Source: Glaucostegus cemiculus
Lineage: Eukaryota
Assembly: GCA_976551045.1 (NCBI GenBank)
Contig: CDPCPM010000025.1
Coordinates: 4,774,001-4,838,000 of the forward strand
Length of the DNA: 64,000 bases
Direction: 5' to 3'
Positions 38,100 to 51,010 of the stretch are shown here, one piece after another (positions within the stretch are counted from its first letter, which is position 1; each line of letters opens with the position of its first letter). The position numbers were made by a program, and so were the translations under genes. The notes beneath the pieces are model-generated. The model was not told where the DNA came from, made no database searches, and worked only from the letters and a program-made list of their open reading frames with translations.

Positions 38100-39833
38100 G
38101 GCCTCCTGTACATTGGTGAGACCCAGCGCAGATTGGGTGACTGCTTCGTTGAGCACCTTTGCTCCATCTGCCACAACAGCCGGGACCTCCTGGTGACCAG
38201 TCATTTCAATTCCACATTGCACTCCCATACTGACATGTCTATCCATGGCCTCCTTTACTGCCACATTGAGACCAGGCACAGATAGGAGGAACAACACCTC
38301 ATATTCCACCTTGGGAGTCTCCAACCTGATGGCCTCAACATCAATTTTTTTAACTTCCAGTAACCCCACCCCTTCTTTTTCCTCCTTCCCCCCCACTCCT
38401 TTGTCTCCCCTTTTTCCTGTGGCTCCCTCCCTGCCCCCCCACCTTGATAACCTGCCCATCTCCTCTCCTTCCCTCCCCCATCCTTTATTCCATGGTTCAC
38501 TGACCTCTCCTGGATTCCTTCTTCAGCCCTTCTACCTACCACCTCTCACTTATTACATCTTCTCCCCCTTCCCCACCCACTACCTCCCCCCTCTCACCTG
38601 GACTGTCTTGTCAACTGAACTCAGTTGCCTGTGTGTGCTCCTCCCCCTCCCCCCACCTTCTTATTCTGGCTTTTGCCCTCTTCCTTCCCAGTCTTGATGA
38701 AGGGTCTCAGCCTGAAACATCGACTGTCTATTAGAACAATAGAACAATACAGCACAGAACAGGCCCTTCGGCCCATCAAGCTGTGCCATCCTACAAACAT
38801 CTCCCAAACTAACTCTTTCCACCCTCATATCCTACTATTCCACATTCTTCCATGTGCTTATCTAACAATCTCTTAAACCTGTCCAACGTATCTGCCTCCA
38901 CTACCACCCCAGGCAGTGCATTCCATGCACCACCACTCTCTGGGTGAAAAACTTCCCTCTGACATCTCCCCTATACTTTCCACCAATTATCTTAAAGGCA
39001 TGCCCTCTCGTCTTGAGCATCTGCGCTCTGGGAAAGAGGCGCTGACTATTAACTCTATCTATTCCTCTCAATATCTTAAACACCTCTATCAAGTCCCCTC
39101 TCATCCTCCTCCTCTCTAATGAGTAGAGCCCTAGCACCTTAAGCCTCTCTTTATATTCCATACCCTCCAATCCAGGCATCATCCTGGTAAATCACCTCTG
39201 CACCCACTCCAACGCCTCCACATCCTTCCTATAATGCGGCGACCAGAACTGAACACAATATTCCAAGTGTGGCCTAACTAGAGTTTTGTAAAGCAGCATC
39301 ATCACCTCTCTGCTCTTGAACTCAATCCCTTTATTTATAAAAGCCAACATCCCATAAGCCTTCTTAACAGCCCTATCCACCTGCAAGGCAACTTTGAGTG
39401 AACTGTGGATATGAACCTCCAGATCCCTCTGCTCCTCTACACTGCCAAGAACCTTGCCATTTACCTTATACTCTGTCCTGGAGTTTGTCCTCCCAAAGAG
39501 CACCACCTCACACTTCTCCGGATTAAACTCCATCTGCCACCTGTCAGCCCAGTTCTGCATCCTATCAATATCCCCCTGTAAGCTCCTACAGTCCTCCACA
39601 CTATCTACCACACCACCGATCTTGGTGTCATCTGCAAACTTACCAACCCATCCCTCCACTCCTTCATCTAAATCATCTATGAATATAACAAAGAGTAGAG
39701 GCCCCAGAACTGATCCCTGCGGGACTCCACTAGTCACACTATTTCCCTCCATGGATGCTGCCTGACCTGCTGAGTTCCTCCAGCACTATTTGTGTATTGC
39801 TCCAGATTCCAGCATCTGCAGAATTTCGTGTGT
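38100..39833 (+). mobile_element. Penelope-like element: GIY-YIG endonuclease C-terminus plus 3' terminus, split by a CR1
   Basis: 38100-38360 translates GLLYIGETQRRLGDCFVEH..SHFNS..EEQHLIFHLGSLQPDGLN (GIY-YIG second half). Flanked by a 13-bp TSD ctcaattaaaYgc (38087-38099, 39834-39846). Confidence 0.9.
38733..39738 (-). mobile_element. Young 5'-truncated CR1 LINE
   Basis: ORFs 39192-39752 (SGVPQGSVLGP, KFADDTK) and 38901-39182; tail (TATTGTTC)n; flanked by ctatt (38728-38732, 39739-39743). Confidence 0.95.
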
Positions 39834-39869
39834 CTCAATTAAATGCATAATCTGACAGAGGATTTTAAA

Positions 39870-39990
39870 ATGCTAGATCCACCTGAGAGAGACATACAGG
39901 ACCTTACTTTAATACATTAACTGAAAAATAGGGCAGTAATATTGTGCCTTCAATACTATATTATGTTTTGGTGCTCAAGTATCTGGAGAA
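39870..39990 (-). mobile_element. DeuSINE-like relic (probable host of the Penelope insertion; other half ~37985-38090)
   Basis: atccacctgagag...tgctcaagtatctggag resembles the reverse complement of the Deu domain as recalled. Confidence 0.4.
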
Positions 39991-40444
39991 GGCTGATTAA
40001 GCAGGCAAGAACAGAACCTCAGTTAAATGTGCCAAAATGAGGTTTGAGTATGGGTATTCTGCCCTGATTGTTTTAAAGCTTGAGGGTTATGCTTGAAATG
40101 CTGACATACAAATACAATAACTAGGATGAAAACTGAATGGAATCTGTAACCACATCAGAGTTCTACTTTTTTGACACATCTACACACAGCATAAAGAAAA
40201 TATTTTTCTTCTCAGCAAGTCGTTGATTCTTCAGTGCTGTCATAAAGTTTCAACCCAAAATATTAGCTCAACCCATGCTGATCCTATTGTTCTGTGTATA
40301 GAACATTTCTGTTTTTAGTTTGGCTAAGTTTATTTTTCCTCCCAGTTATCTCTTCATCACATGTTTCAGTTCCTCTTCTAAATCAGAGCCAGAAGCAAAT
40401 CAACAAACTGGATATGTTCTAATTCACAGGAACACTCAAAAATT

Positions 40445-40635
40445 GATAAAGCTGCAAATGCTACAAATCTAAAATAACATCAGAAAATTCTGGAAATACA
40501 CACAGGTCAGGCATCAACTGTGGAAAGAAAATCAAAGTTAATGGGTCTGACGAAGGGACTTTGAGCTGAAACATTAACCCTGTTTGTCCTTCTACAAATA
40601 TTGCCTAAACTGCTGAGTCTTTCCAGCATTTGCAA
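40445..40635. mobile_element. Old fold-back pair of Penelope-like termini
   Basis: aaattctggaaatacacacaggtcaggcatc ... tgcctaaactgctgagtctttccagcattt form a diverged inverted repeat. Confidence 0.55.
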
Positions 40636-40829
40636 GTCTTTTATTATCAGAATCTCGTGGTCATCTCTCCCAGTGAAGCATAAGTTACGAAATGATTCAG
40701 AGTATTTAGAGGATAGAATTTAGAGAAGTTCAATCTGTAGGTCAAATATCTAGCAGAATTTTACCATATTTCATAATCCCTTTTCTCAACTCTTGCAAAA
40801 ATATGATAAGAAAATTCAGTTGGTACAGA

Positions 40830-41090
40830 GTCACATGACAAGATGCTTTGATACCACACTCAGTCAAATACATCCTTGTTGTCAAGGGCGTCACTCTCAC
40901 CTCACCTCTAGAATTCAGCTCTTTGGTTCATGTTTGAACAAGGGCGCAGATGAGCTCTTGACTCAAATGGGTTTGACGTCTGTGGGTAAGTTATTGGTGA
41001 GCCTATGCCACTTGATAGTACTGTCAATGACTTTGCTGATGATTGAGGCTGGATTGATTGGGTGGTAATTAGTCAGGTTAGCTTTGCCTT
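40830..41090 (-). mobile_element. CR1/L2-superclade LINE RT fragment
   Basis: Minus strand shows NYHPINPASII SKV..S..KWHRLTNNLPT and ALDIK-like RT patterns. Confidence 0.5.
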
Positions 41091-41574
41091 GTACTATTAA
41101 TGTTTATTAACTATTAATCATTTGCTTAAAATATAAACTAGTCAATAAAAATAAGTTGTTTTGTTAACATTATGTGTCATGCACTTTTATGAGATAAATT
41201 GTTAATATATATACTATTTGATGCTGTATTTTCCATTTAAATTTTGCTTTAATTTTAACAGAGAAGGCATTTTGATTATGCAATAGTATACAGAGTATGA
41301 AAGCAAATAGGTGGCCTGTTTAACATCAATCATTTATTTTCATTCAAGCTTAAATGACCCTTCATGTATGGTGCAGAACCTTTAATCAATTATTCTGTCA
41401 ATAATGTCTATAAATTCCTGTTATTACAATGCTACACACCCAAAAGTTGCTTTATTTATTGCAGTGCAAGATAAAGAAAAATAAATTGTTTGATAAGGTC
41501 ATCACTTATTGGTGGGAAAAAGGTCCTTATGTGATTTTCAGGTCATTAAACTTTATACTCAGTCTTTAGAATTA

Positions 41575-41870
41575 TGGCCATAGAGTTTTACAGCATAGAA
41601 GCAAGTCCCTTGGCCCAGAGCATCTAGGCCGACCACCAAGCCTATCTATGCTAATCTGACTGGCCTGCATTAATTCCGTATCTTTCTGTGCCCTGCTCAT
41701 TCTAGTACCTATCCAGATGCCTCTTAAATCCTGTCACTGTTCCTGCCTCCACCACCTCCTCTGGCAGCTCATTCCAGATACCAATCAGTCTTTCTGTGAA
41801 AAATTAACCCTCAGATCCCCTTTAAACACTCTCCTTCACACTTTAAACCTACGCCCTCTAGTTTATTCCC
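41575..41870 (-). mobile_element. CR1 3' fragment
   Basis: Reverse complement of TRGRRFKV..WNELPEEVVEAG and the 3' UTR. Confidence 0.8.
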
Positions 41871-43119
41871 TCTTCAATTTGTTCAAAAGTAAAAAAGACA
41901 TTAAAACTATCATTTATCTCTTTCTGTTTTAAATGGAGGTTGCGCTGTCCAAATATAAAGTTCCAACCTTACAGCAAAATTTCTCTTCAGGTGAATAGGG
42001 TAATGAGGGCTTAGTTATTTGTTGAATGATTGTAGGCTGCCTTCTAATGACAGGGTTAGTGGGCAAAGTCATTCTTTATTACTTGCCAAGGCCTTCCACG
42101 TGACCCAAACACAATGCAAATATTAAGGAATGGCTGAAGGGCTGCAGCTAATGTAAACACGCATTGAGGACAAACTTTAACTTGACTTTGGAACAGAACA
42201 CAAAGGACATACCAAGCTGGCAGAGCCTGCTGCACTTACGCTTTTCCTGATGTACCATTAAGTTCTCTGAGGTAGGGAATGTAAAATGATGGGTTACAGG
42301 CTGCAGTTGGGTCACCAGGCAACTATCACTTGAAAGTGTACAGTGATTCACAGCATTTGATCTATAATACTGAAGCCTGCTTTTACCAAATGGTATTATG
42401 ACAGATTTTTAAAAATAGATTTCAGACACAGTTCAGCTTCAGAAGTACATGCTAGGGGATGCACTAAAACTTGGTGCAGTCAATGCAAAGTCTTTATGGA
42501 GAAGGACTGCAGTCTAAGGTCTTGTCACCACCAGACATTGAGAGGCTAAATCCTATGTAAAAGTCCCTCAGATCCCTGATTTGCATATTGTCTAAAGACA
42601 CCACATGAGTGACAATGGTGCCTTGTACATGTAATGTGCTGACACTGCAAATGTAAAGACCCTATAACATTATGAATGTACAGACTGGATAGTGCTATGA
42701 ATATAAAGAAAATCATGCACTGTTTTTGCATTTCTTGTATGTATTGCTTATGAATAAAGTCTGCTTTCAAACTAAAAGAAGATATTGAACATTCATTGTA
42801 TTTGCAACCTGCTCCCTGGATCTGCTGATTTCTGGGAAAGGAATCTCCTCCTAATACCTAACCATTCTTCTACATACCCATGACCTCACTAGCAACTTTA
42901 TTTGAAAATAAACTATCATCATGAATGCAATCTATTTATTTAATCTTACAAACCTTGATGAAAAACACCACTGAATGTGATCTTTAAGCCCATCCTACCG
43001 GCCCATAAAAGCAGTGAACAAGAGGACCGGGAACATTGTTCAATTGATCATTAGCAGATCAATTGAACAAATACTTTGCATCTGATTTCACAAAGGAGGA
43101 CTCAAATAACCTCCCAGAA

Positions 43120-44480
43120 ATACCAGGGAACTTGGGGTCTAGTGACAAGAATGGAACTGAAGGAAATCACTATTAGTAGGGATAAGGTGTGAGGGAAATT
43201 AATGGGATTGAAGATCAGTAGCTCCTTGGGGCCTGTTAGTCTACACACCAGAGTAAATGGCCCTAGAAGCAGTAGATGCATTGATAGTTTAAAATATATT
43301 TTAGACTTTGGATCAGCTCTTATAGAACAGTGGTACTTGTAGTAGATTTGCTGCCTCATTCCAGTGACCAAGATTTAGTCTTGACATCTGATACCCTCTC
43401 TGTGAATTTTGCATGTGGCTGCATGGGTTTCCCCTCAGCACTCTGGTCTCCTCCCTGGGAGGTTAATCGACTACTGTAAATTGCTCTGTATGTGAATGTG
43501 GGAGGACATGAATGGAATGTGGGGAGAATAAGTTGTTAGCGTAGGATATGGGTGCTCTATGGTTTGCATGGACTTGATCGGCTAAAGGTCCTGTTTACAC
43601 ATGGTACAAACTCTATGACTCTCTCTGAGGCTAATCTAACTCAACAATTTAAAAAAACAGACTGGAGACAGTAAACAGGGTATTATAGTCTGGTTGGCCT
43701 GATATCAGTAGTGGGGAAAATGTAATAGCAGAGCACATGGGAAAACAGTGACAGGATCAGTCAAAGCAAACATAGAATTATGAAAGGAAGGGCACATTTG
43801 ACAGATTTACTGGAATTTTCGAGGATATAACTAGCAGAGTGGATGAGAAGACCTAGAAGTCATGTTGGATTTGGACATTTAGAAGGCTTTTTACGAGGTC
43901 GCAGGTAGGGATTAGTGTGCAAAATTTAAAGCACTTGGGATTAGAGTAATGCATTGCTATGGATAGAGAAATGGTTGGCAGACAGAAACAATGGGTAGGA
44001 ATAAATGAATCTTTTACTAAGTGAAAGGCAGTGACTCGTGGGAAAATGTTTGAACTCAGCTGCTGACAATATATATGTTACTGATTTAGATCATGGACTT
44101 AAATATAATCTGACCAAGTTTGCAGACAGCAAAAAGCTGGCTAGGTATATAAACTGCGAGCAGGATGCATAGAGGCTCCAGAGTAATTTATATTGAGTAA
44201 GTGGGTAAGTGCATGGTAGATACAGTGTAATGTGGATAAATGTGAGGCTATTCACCTTGGTGGCAATAGCAAGAAATCAGATTAGCATCTGAATGGTGGC
44301 ATATTAGGAAAGTAGGTGGTGCAGTGAGATCTGGGTGTCCTTTCGAAGGTAAACATGTGGGTGTTTAAGAAAGCAAAAGATATGTCACCCTTCAGAGCCA
44401 GAGGAATTGAGTAAATGTGAAATGAACAAAATGGGATTGGTGCAGGAGTAGTGTAAATGAGTACTTGATGGTCAACACTA
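43120..44480 (+). mobile_element. Degenerate CR1 containing a V-SINE relic at ~43330-43622
   Basis: LLEFFEDIT, DI.KAF and KFADSKKL patterns; the inserted segment has ttgcatgt..gggtttccc..cactctggtctcctccc (V domain) and a CR1-type tail. Confidence 0.65.
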
Positions 44481-44619
44481 ATGTGTTGCAGGTGGACAAA
44501 ATAATTATCCATATATATGTGTTTCATACAGCTTTGTTTCCAGTTTAAGTGCAGTAATAATTCCAGTCAAAAAAAAAGGCAAAGTTGGAGAGTTTCAGGC
44601 ACCTGGAGATAGTGAGAAT

Positions 44620-45128
44620 GAAAGGAAGGATGTGGAAGCTTTAGAGAGGGTGCAGAGGAGATTTACCAGGATGTTGCCTGGATTGGAGAGCATGTCTTAT
44701 GAGGATAGGCTGAGTGAGCTAGGGCTTTTCTCTTTGGAGAGAAGGAGGATGAGAGGTGACTTGATAGAGGTGTACAAGATGATAAGAGGCACAGATTGAA
44801 TGGTCAGAGACTTTTTCCCAGTGCGACAATCGCTGACACTAGGGGACATAATTTTAAGGTGATTGGAGGAAGGTATAAGGGGGATATCAGGGTTTTTTAC
44901 ACAGAGAGTGGTCGGTGCATGGAATGCACTGCCTGCTGTGGTTGTTGGGGCAGATATATTAGGGACATTTAAAAGACTCTTAGATTAACAGATGAATGAT
45001 AGAAAAATAGGGGGCTATGTGAGAGGGAAGGATTAGATACTGTAGATCTTGGAGCAGGATAAAATGTTGGCACAATATTGTGGGCTGAAGGGCTTGTACT
45101 ATGCTGTAGTGTTCTATGTTCTATGTTC
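44620..45128 (+). mobile_element. CR1 3' fragment
   Basis: RKDVEALERVQRRFTRMLPG...WNALP and (CTATGTT)n tail. Confidence 0.92.
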
Positions 45129-46139
45129 TTATATAGGTGTGTCAGATCATGGTAGACTGCCTCTGAAACTTATTCCATTTGAGTTAATGCAATGAGTTTT
45201 GGAAGCAGAGTGCAATGTGCTGATGCTACTATATAACCCATTCAGTGATGAATTTCTGGGCATATAAATTTTGTCTTGCAGTGAATTATCCTATACCTGC
45301 ACTCTTGCACTGTTTCTTTACATGGTATGGTCATGAACAGTTGGAGAGTTCTGCCCTAGAACTCCCGATCTGTTTTGTTGTCTAGTAGGTTTGGTACTTT
45401 CCTCTAAACCGTATGATCTGAATTTACCCTGCTCATAAGCACACAGTGGACTTCAGCACATTCATTTCAAACTGCTGCTGATAAAATCTTATCTCCATTT
45501 GATTTATAGAAAAGGTGGATTAAACACTCATTAGTATTAGAAAATAGTATGTAAGCTGAAGTGATCTATTTGCAATTGTTGAGTCAATTGATACTTTTAG
45601 TTCAGTGAAGTTGTTATTTTCTTAAACAACCTTTATCAAAAAAAGCATTAAACAGTCAAATTAAGCCTTAACTATTAATACAAATTGGCATAAAAATTGC
45701 TAATTAGCAATTATTAAGACCTGTTACATATTCAATAAAAAGTAAAACTGTTTATCTTTTGATATTCAAACATGATCATCATCCAAAATGGGTTGACATA
45801 TAAACAGGAGTGAAGTGAATTTGATGCAGACCCATGGTTAGCTTAAGCTTTATTATTAGCCTGACAAAGGAACTTGAACTGTAAAAGGAGTGGTGAACTG
45901 GAGGCCTGGAATAATGGTTTGGAAAAAGGATTCAAGTTCCACTCTGGCAAATGGAGAATTAAATTCAATTAATTAAACGCATTAAAGACTAAAAAGCTCT
46001 ATCAGTAATGGTGGCAAAGAAACAGCCTGATTATTGCAAAACCCCACCTGGTCCTGAAAATGTGACACGATAGTTGGTCAATTCTTATCTTCCCTCAGCA
46101 AGAATCTAGCAAGTCACTCAGTTCAAGAGCAACTCAAAG

Positions 46140-46830
46140 AATTATAGAAAATTTATGTTGCAGAAGAAGGCCATTTGGCCCATTGTGTTTATGCCAGTCG
46201 ACAAAGAACCATGCAGCCTATCCTACCCTCTAACACCAGGTCCATGGCCCTATAGGTCATGGTTTTTCAGGGACATGTCCAAGTCCTTTCTAAATGTGTT
46301 GAGGACATCTACATCAGCCATCCCTTCAGGCAATAAGTTCCAGACACATAATATCATGAAATCTTTAACCCAGCCCCCTCTAATCCTTCTATCAATTATT
46401 TCAAAATAAGCTCCTTTGTTTTTGACCCACTACTAAGAGAAGTATCTTTTACTTACTTACTCTATTTAGGCTGCTCATAATTAAGTTTCTCAGCTTCAAT
46501 TGCTCAAAAGAAGACAGCTAAGTTTTCTCTCATAGCTAAAGTATTCCCAATTCCTAAAACATTCTCATAAATCTTTTCTGCCCTCCTCTCCAGGGCAATC
46601 ACATCATTTGTCCAATGTGGTGGCTAGAAATGTAACCAGTACTCAAGCTCTGCTAGTGCTGTATATAGTTCTTGTACAATCTCCTCAATCTTGTTTTCTG
46701 TGTCATGGCTACTGAAGGAAAGCATCCTGTATGCCTCTTTAACCACCTTAATGACCTACCTGGACACCACTTCGGGTGTGTGGATAGACATTCGAGGTCC
46801 CTCTGTTCCACTACTCCTCTTGGCATTTTC
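46140..46830 (-). mobile_element. Degenerate CR1 3' half
   Basis: ORF 46653-46859 GVVEQRDL..; antisense 3' UTR gaaggccatttggccc. Confidence 0.7.
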
Positions 46831-47540
46831 CACTTATTGGTCTGGAATATCCGACCCACAGACCGATTGTTAACTACCAGTATTTACCTGCACTTCAGGT
46901 TGAAAAGTGGCTGCCTCAGTGGAGGTACTCACCAATCGCCAAACCATCAATTTTCTGACTGCTCCATGCATTAATCAAACCAATCCCTTGTGTACTTACA
47001 TTTGCCACTGCAGTGGACAGTGGGAAAGCCATGGAGGTAATGTCCTGCTCTCTGCTAATTTCAGGTGTTTTGATGATAGGACTGGCCTGAATACTTTTAC
47101 GGAATGATATTCATCTGAGGCTAAAAGATATACATATCACACATTCTTTACAAACAAACATTTTCAGTTTTCTATTTATCACATAACAATTGCAGAGTGA
47201 AGTTTTGCAACAAACCATATTTGTTCTGCCTTTGTCCATTCATATTTGTAATATGAAGTTAATCAGAAACTATTAAATTAGTCATATTGGGTGTTGTTTG
47301 TTGCTACATTTACATTGTTTACTTAATGATAAGTAAACTCCAATGAATGCAGCATGCACCTTAAGAACATGGGATCGTAGGAATTTGTGGATTAATGCTA
47401 AACTTGCAAAGAATGTGGTTTATTTATTTATAGACAAAAAAATGCATACATGTAAACAACACACTACATTAGCAGTCTGCCACTTCTCTGGCACCACTCC
47501 TACAGCTAGGGAGAATTCAAAAATGATGGTCAGAGCTTCT

Positions 47541-47609
47541 GTAATTTCCTCCCTTGCTTCTTTTAATAGCATGGGAAATGCTATTAAAAGAAGCAAGGGA
47601 GGAAATTAC
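47541..47609. repeat. Perfect inverted repeat, 32-bp arms, 5-nt loop
   Basis: gtaatttcctcccttgcttcttttaatagcat-gggaa-atgctattaaaagaagcaagggaggaaattac. Confidence 0.98.
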
Positions 47610-48139
47610 TCTACCAACAGCCCTACCAACATTAATTCTTGAAAGATAATAAACCCTTTAATATTTTCTCTTTTACTGTGTTCATCACATCCAATGTTGC
47701 ACATCCTTCCTCTATAATAATAATGTTGTTATTGTCCCCTTCCCTTGTGAACTCAGTCACAAAAATTTAATTAAGAACTTTACACTATAGTTTGAGCACA
47801 GTGGTCTTCAGAGTGGAGACTTTGGTAGTAAGGGTGCAAGTTTATTTTGTTTTAAATTTATTGGTTAAAACCATTTAGTTAACTTTTATGCCCTCTCAAC
47901 TTTGTAGCTTACAGTTGATGTTTTTTGTTATGGTTGTTATCAGTTAATTGAAGTCAATTGACTCACTAGTGTTGCTAACTAAGGCCTGCTGGAGCACTAT
48001 GATCCTGAATGTAGACTTTGGTGAGTTACGGACTGGCGGTGAATAGGTTTGGTAGGAGTGATAGGTTTGGTGTGATGCCACAGTTGATGCCATATTGATG
48101 TTGATGGAATGCGGGTAATGGATTGGTGAGTATTTTCTT

Positions 48140-49460
48140 ACTAGATTTCATATGTAACGGTACAGCTTGGCAGAGCTATTCATCTGAGGGGAATGTGCAT
48201 CCTATGTCATGTGGAAAGTTGTGTATGCTTCCAGTGACTGAGACAACCACAAATACAGGCGATGTCTTCAGTTACAGGAGTTTGAACTCTGGGTTTTGGA
48301 ACTGGAGTAGTGGCTGGAATCACTCTGACAAAACCATGAGGGTAAGGACATTGTGGATAGCACACCTGGGGAGCTGGTCACGTTTCAGGCTGAGGGGGAA
48401 TGGGCGATCGTCAGGGAGACTGAAAATGCATGTTATTTTATCCCTGTCTTTTTTTTATAACTATGGTAAATCTTACTGAATTATGATCACTACCACAGAA
48501 GTGTTAAGCTCATTAATACTACTTTAACCTGCCTCACTTCAGTCCCTAAAATTAAATCAAGGATTGTCCCTCTCTCTGGCTTTCTGTATGCTGGCTTAAG
48601 TATTCCCCTGAATATAATTTAGGAATTCTGTGGTCTCCATACCTTTTACAATGTGCCCCAGTTAATATTAGGATGACTGAAATCCCGACACTACACTGCC
48701 TTAGTTTGCTCTCTTGACGTTTCTCTCCTTGTATAGCTGAGCAAGTTATGACAGCACTCTGGCTGCACTCCCCAGGGTATAACTCTACCTTGTCAGTGTT
48801 TAGAACTGAGAGCTGGCTGGAGAGCAAGATTTCATCAGGAGACTCTTGGACTACCCACATATTCTTTTTGTGTCTGTCTAGCCATCACCCAGTCGACATT
48901 GACTGGGCTCTCTGGGCCATCTCCTGAAACATTTCCATGAAGCACTTGGCCTCATGAATGGATTGCAGTGATACTAGCTGTTGCTCAACTTGAATTTCAG
49001 GCTCCTCCAGCTGACGTAATCTGCTCCTGTGGCTGTTCATCTAGGTATCCAGGAGTCTCAGCCTGCCAGCCAGAGTGAGATGTCTTGGAGCTATGCTGCC
49101 AATTCATTCGCAGTGATGTTGGTTGAAATGGGCAGGTGTGGTAAGATCAGCAACACTTTCGCCCTTTCCTTCTTGCTGGATATCACCCTGACTGTGTCAA
49201 GACTGATGTTGCAGCAGTTTCTGGACATTAAAATATTAAGGAATTTGGTAATTTTCACAGAAACAGCACTCAGCCTTTGACTAATGTTACTATTGCTCAA
49301 GAGTCATATAATTGCATCATACAATTGCGTGGGACTCCAGAGTAACAGAATGGAGGGTCAGTCCATGATTCATGTTCAAGTTGAGTGGAGGTTGAAATCA
49401 ATAAGCTATTGTATAGTTATCATGTCATTAAAGGCCTTGTTAGCTGAGGGAAGCTTTACA
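48140..49460. mobile_element. Mosaic of old LINE 5'/ORF1 and endonuclease fragments (CR1-like)
   Basis: Plus-strand CGK..QLQEFEL..LELE CR1 ORF1-like pattern at 48200-48310; antisense CR1-like endonuclease pieces further on. Confidence 0.45.
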
Positions 49461-50879
49461 GATGGCTATTTTTCTTGGAATATATTTGTAATTTAAAATT
49501 AGGAAATATCCTTGCATAAAATGACCAAACATCCATGTGTCAGAGTGGGGAAGGAAGAACTTAGTGTTTCAGCTGGGAGTGGTTCCATTGCTTTGTGAAA
49601 ACCAAACTTAGTAATATTTAACTGAATTCATCCTGGGAAAATGTTCATCTCTTGACCATCTGCAAGATCATATGATGTTTGGGGATAACAAAGGCAATTT
49701 ATATTAATCATCCATCTGAAACAACCTTATGTTTTCTCCAGTTCTTCCACGTAATTGTTGTTGAAATAATTTTGGACCACTTGTCTGTCAATTCCAATTA
49801 TTGATCACTGTGTCAGGAATAACTATATCAGAAAGTTATTTTTTATCATTTTAATCCATTTATTTTAGCTGCTGTTTAGCTGCAGCAGCTCTCTTTGCCA
49901 CGCTGAAAATCAGTCCTTCTGATGCTTCCTAACAATTTAGATCCTTGATTTTAGGCAGCATCTTCATATCTTTTCTCATAGCTTTCAGCCAACTTCCTGG
50001 ATGACGCCACAGTCCCTGAGTATGTTCACTCCCACTGCTTGGATGGACCTACCAGACGTGGTGCCACAAAACTGCACAGCTGATCCTCAAAGCTGACTCT
50101 GAACCTAATAAATTTTCATTACATCAGGTCAAACATGGGAAGAAAACTTCCTGCTGATTACCACCTGATGCCCTCAGCCGGTTGATAAATCAGTACTCCA
50201 TATTGAACACCACTTAATTTAAGGGAATGCAGTAAGGGCATACGTAATCTGGATGCCAGTTGTGACCTGTGGCAGGTTGAAGAAATCCTCCTATTTATTT
50301 GAACCAGCATCACTTCAAAGTACTCAGTTGAGTGTAAACTACTTCAGGATGCTCTGAGGTTGAGAAAGGTGGTATGTGCATCAAAGTTCTTTCTTCGATT
50401 GTTATTTACTAGGATTTTCTTGTCTCAAGTTTGCTCCTTATAATTCTATTATTTCACATAAATTATAATAAAACCAGTGGATCTGAAATTGTCTGCCTCT
50501 GCTCAGTCACCCATTTTGACTGTGGGAAACACAGTTGCCTGTTTCCAATTGGTATGTATCTCACAAAAAATGTCCATTCTCTGTGATATTCTTCATTGGT
50601 TTTCTCAGAACACCCTCTGCTAAATATTAGTTATCATGGGCTTTTGTTTAAGCCCTTGCCGTGGATTTCTGACCTACTGATACCAAATTTCTGAATTTTG
50701 CCTTGGCATTCATTTTGAGAAGTGAACATTTCTTGTTATCATCTCCTGTGAAAATCAGTAATTATCATATCTTCACAGTACACTGATATTTGATTTAAGG
50801 GTGAAATTAAGATGAAATTCAAAACAGCTTGAAATTATTTTTTGAGTTACATATTTGGGTGATTTTTAGCCCCACCAGT

Positions 50880-51010
50880 TCGTTACAGGCAGTCCCTTGG
50901 GATTGAGGATGACTTGTTTCCAGTGCTGTGGGTTCTGAGATGACTATTGAGGTCAATGTGGGAACTGCAGATTCTCCCACAGATGGGGCTGAAGACGATT
51001 GACGGGGTGG
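50880..51010 (-). mobile_element. RTE LINE 3' UTR fragment
   Basis: ggcagtcccttgggattgaggatgacttg.. is homologous to 6938-7020. Confidence 0.55.

Noticed and set aside
38245-38697. Pro/Ser-rich 150-aa ORF (and similar ORFs at 5172-5519 and 19220-19570)
   Set aside because: Translations of the pyrimidine-rich Penelope 3' region; not genes.
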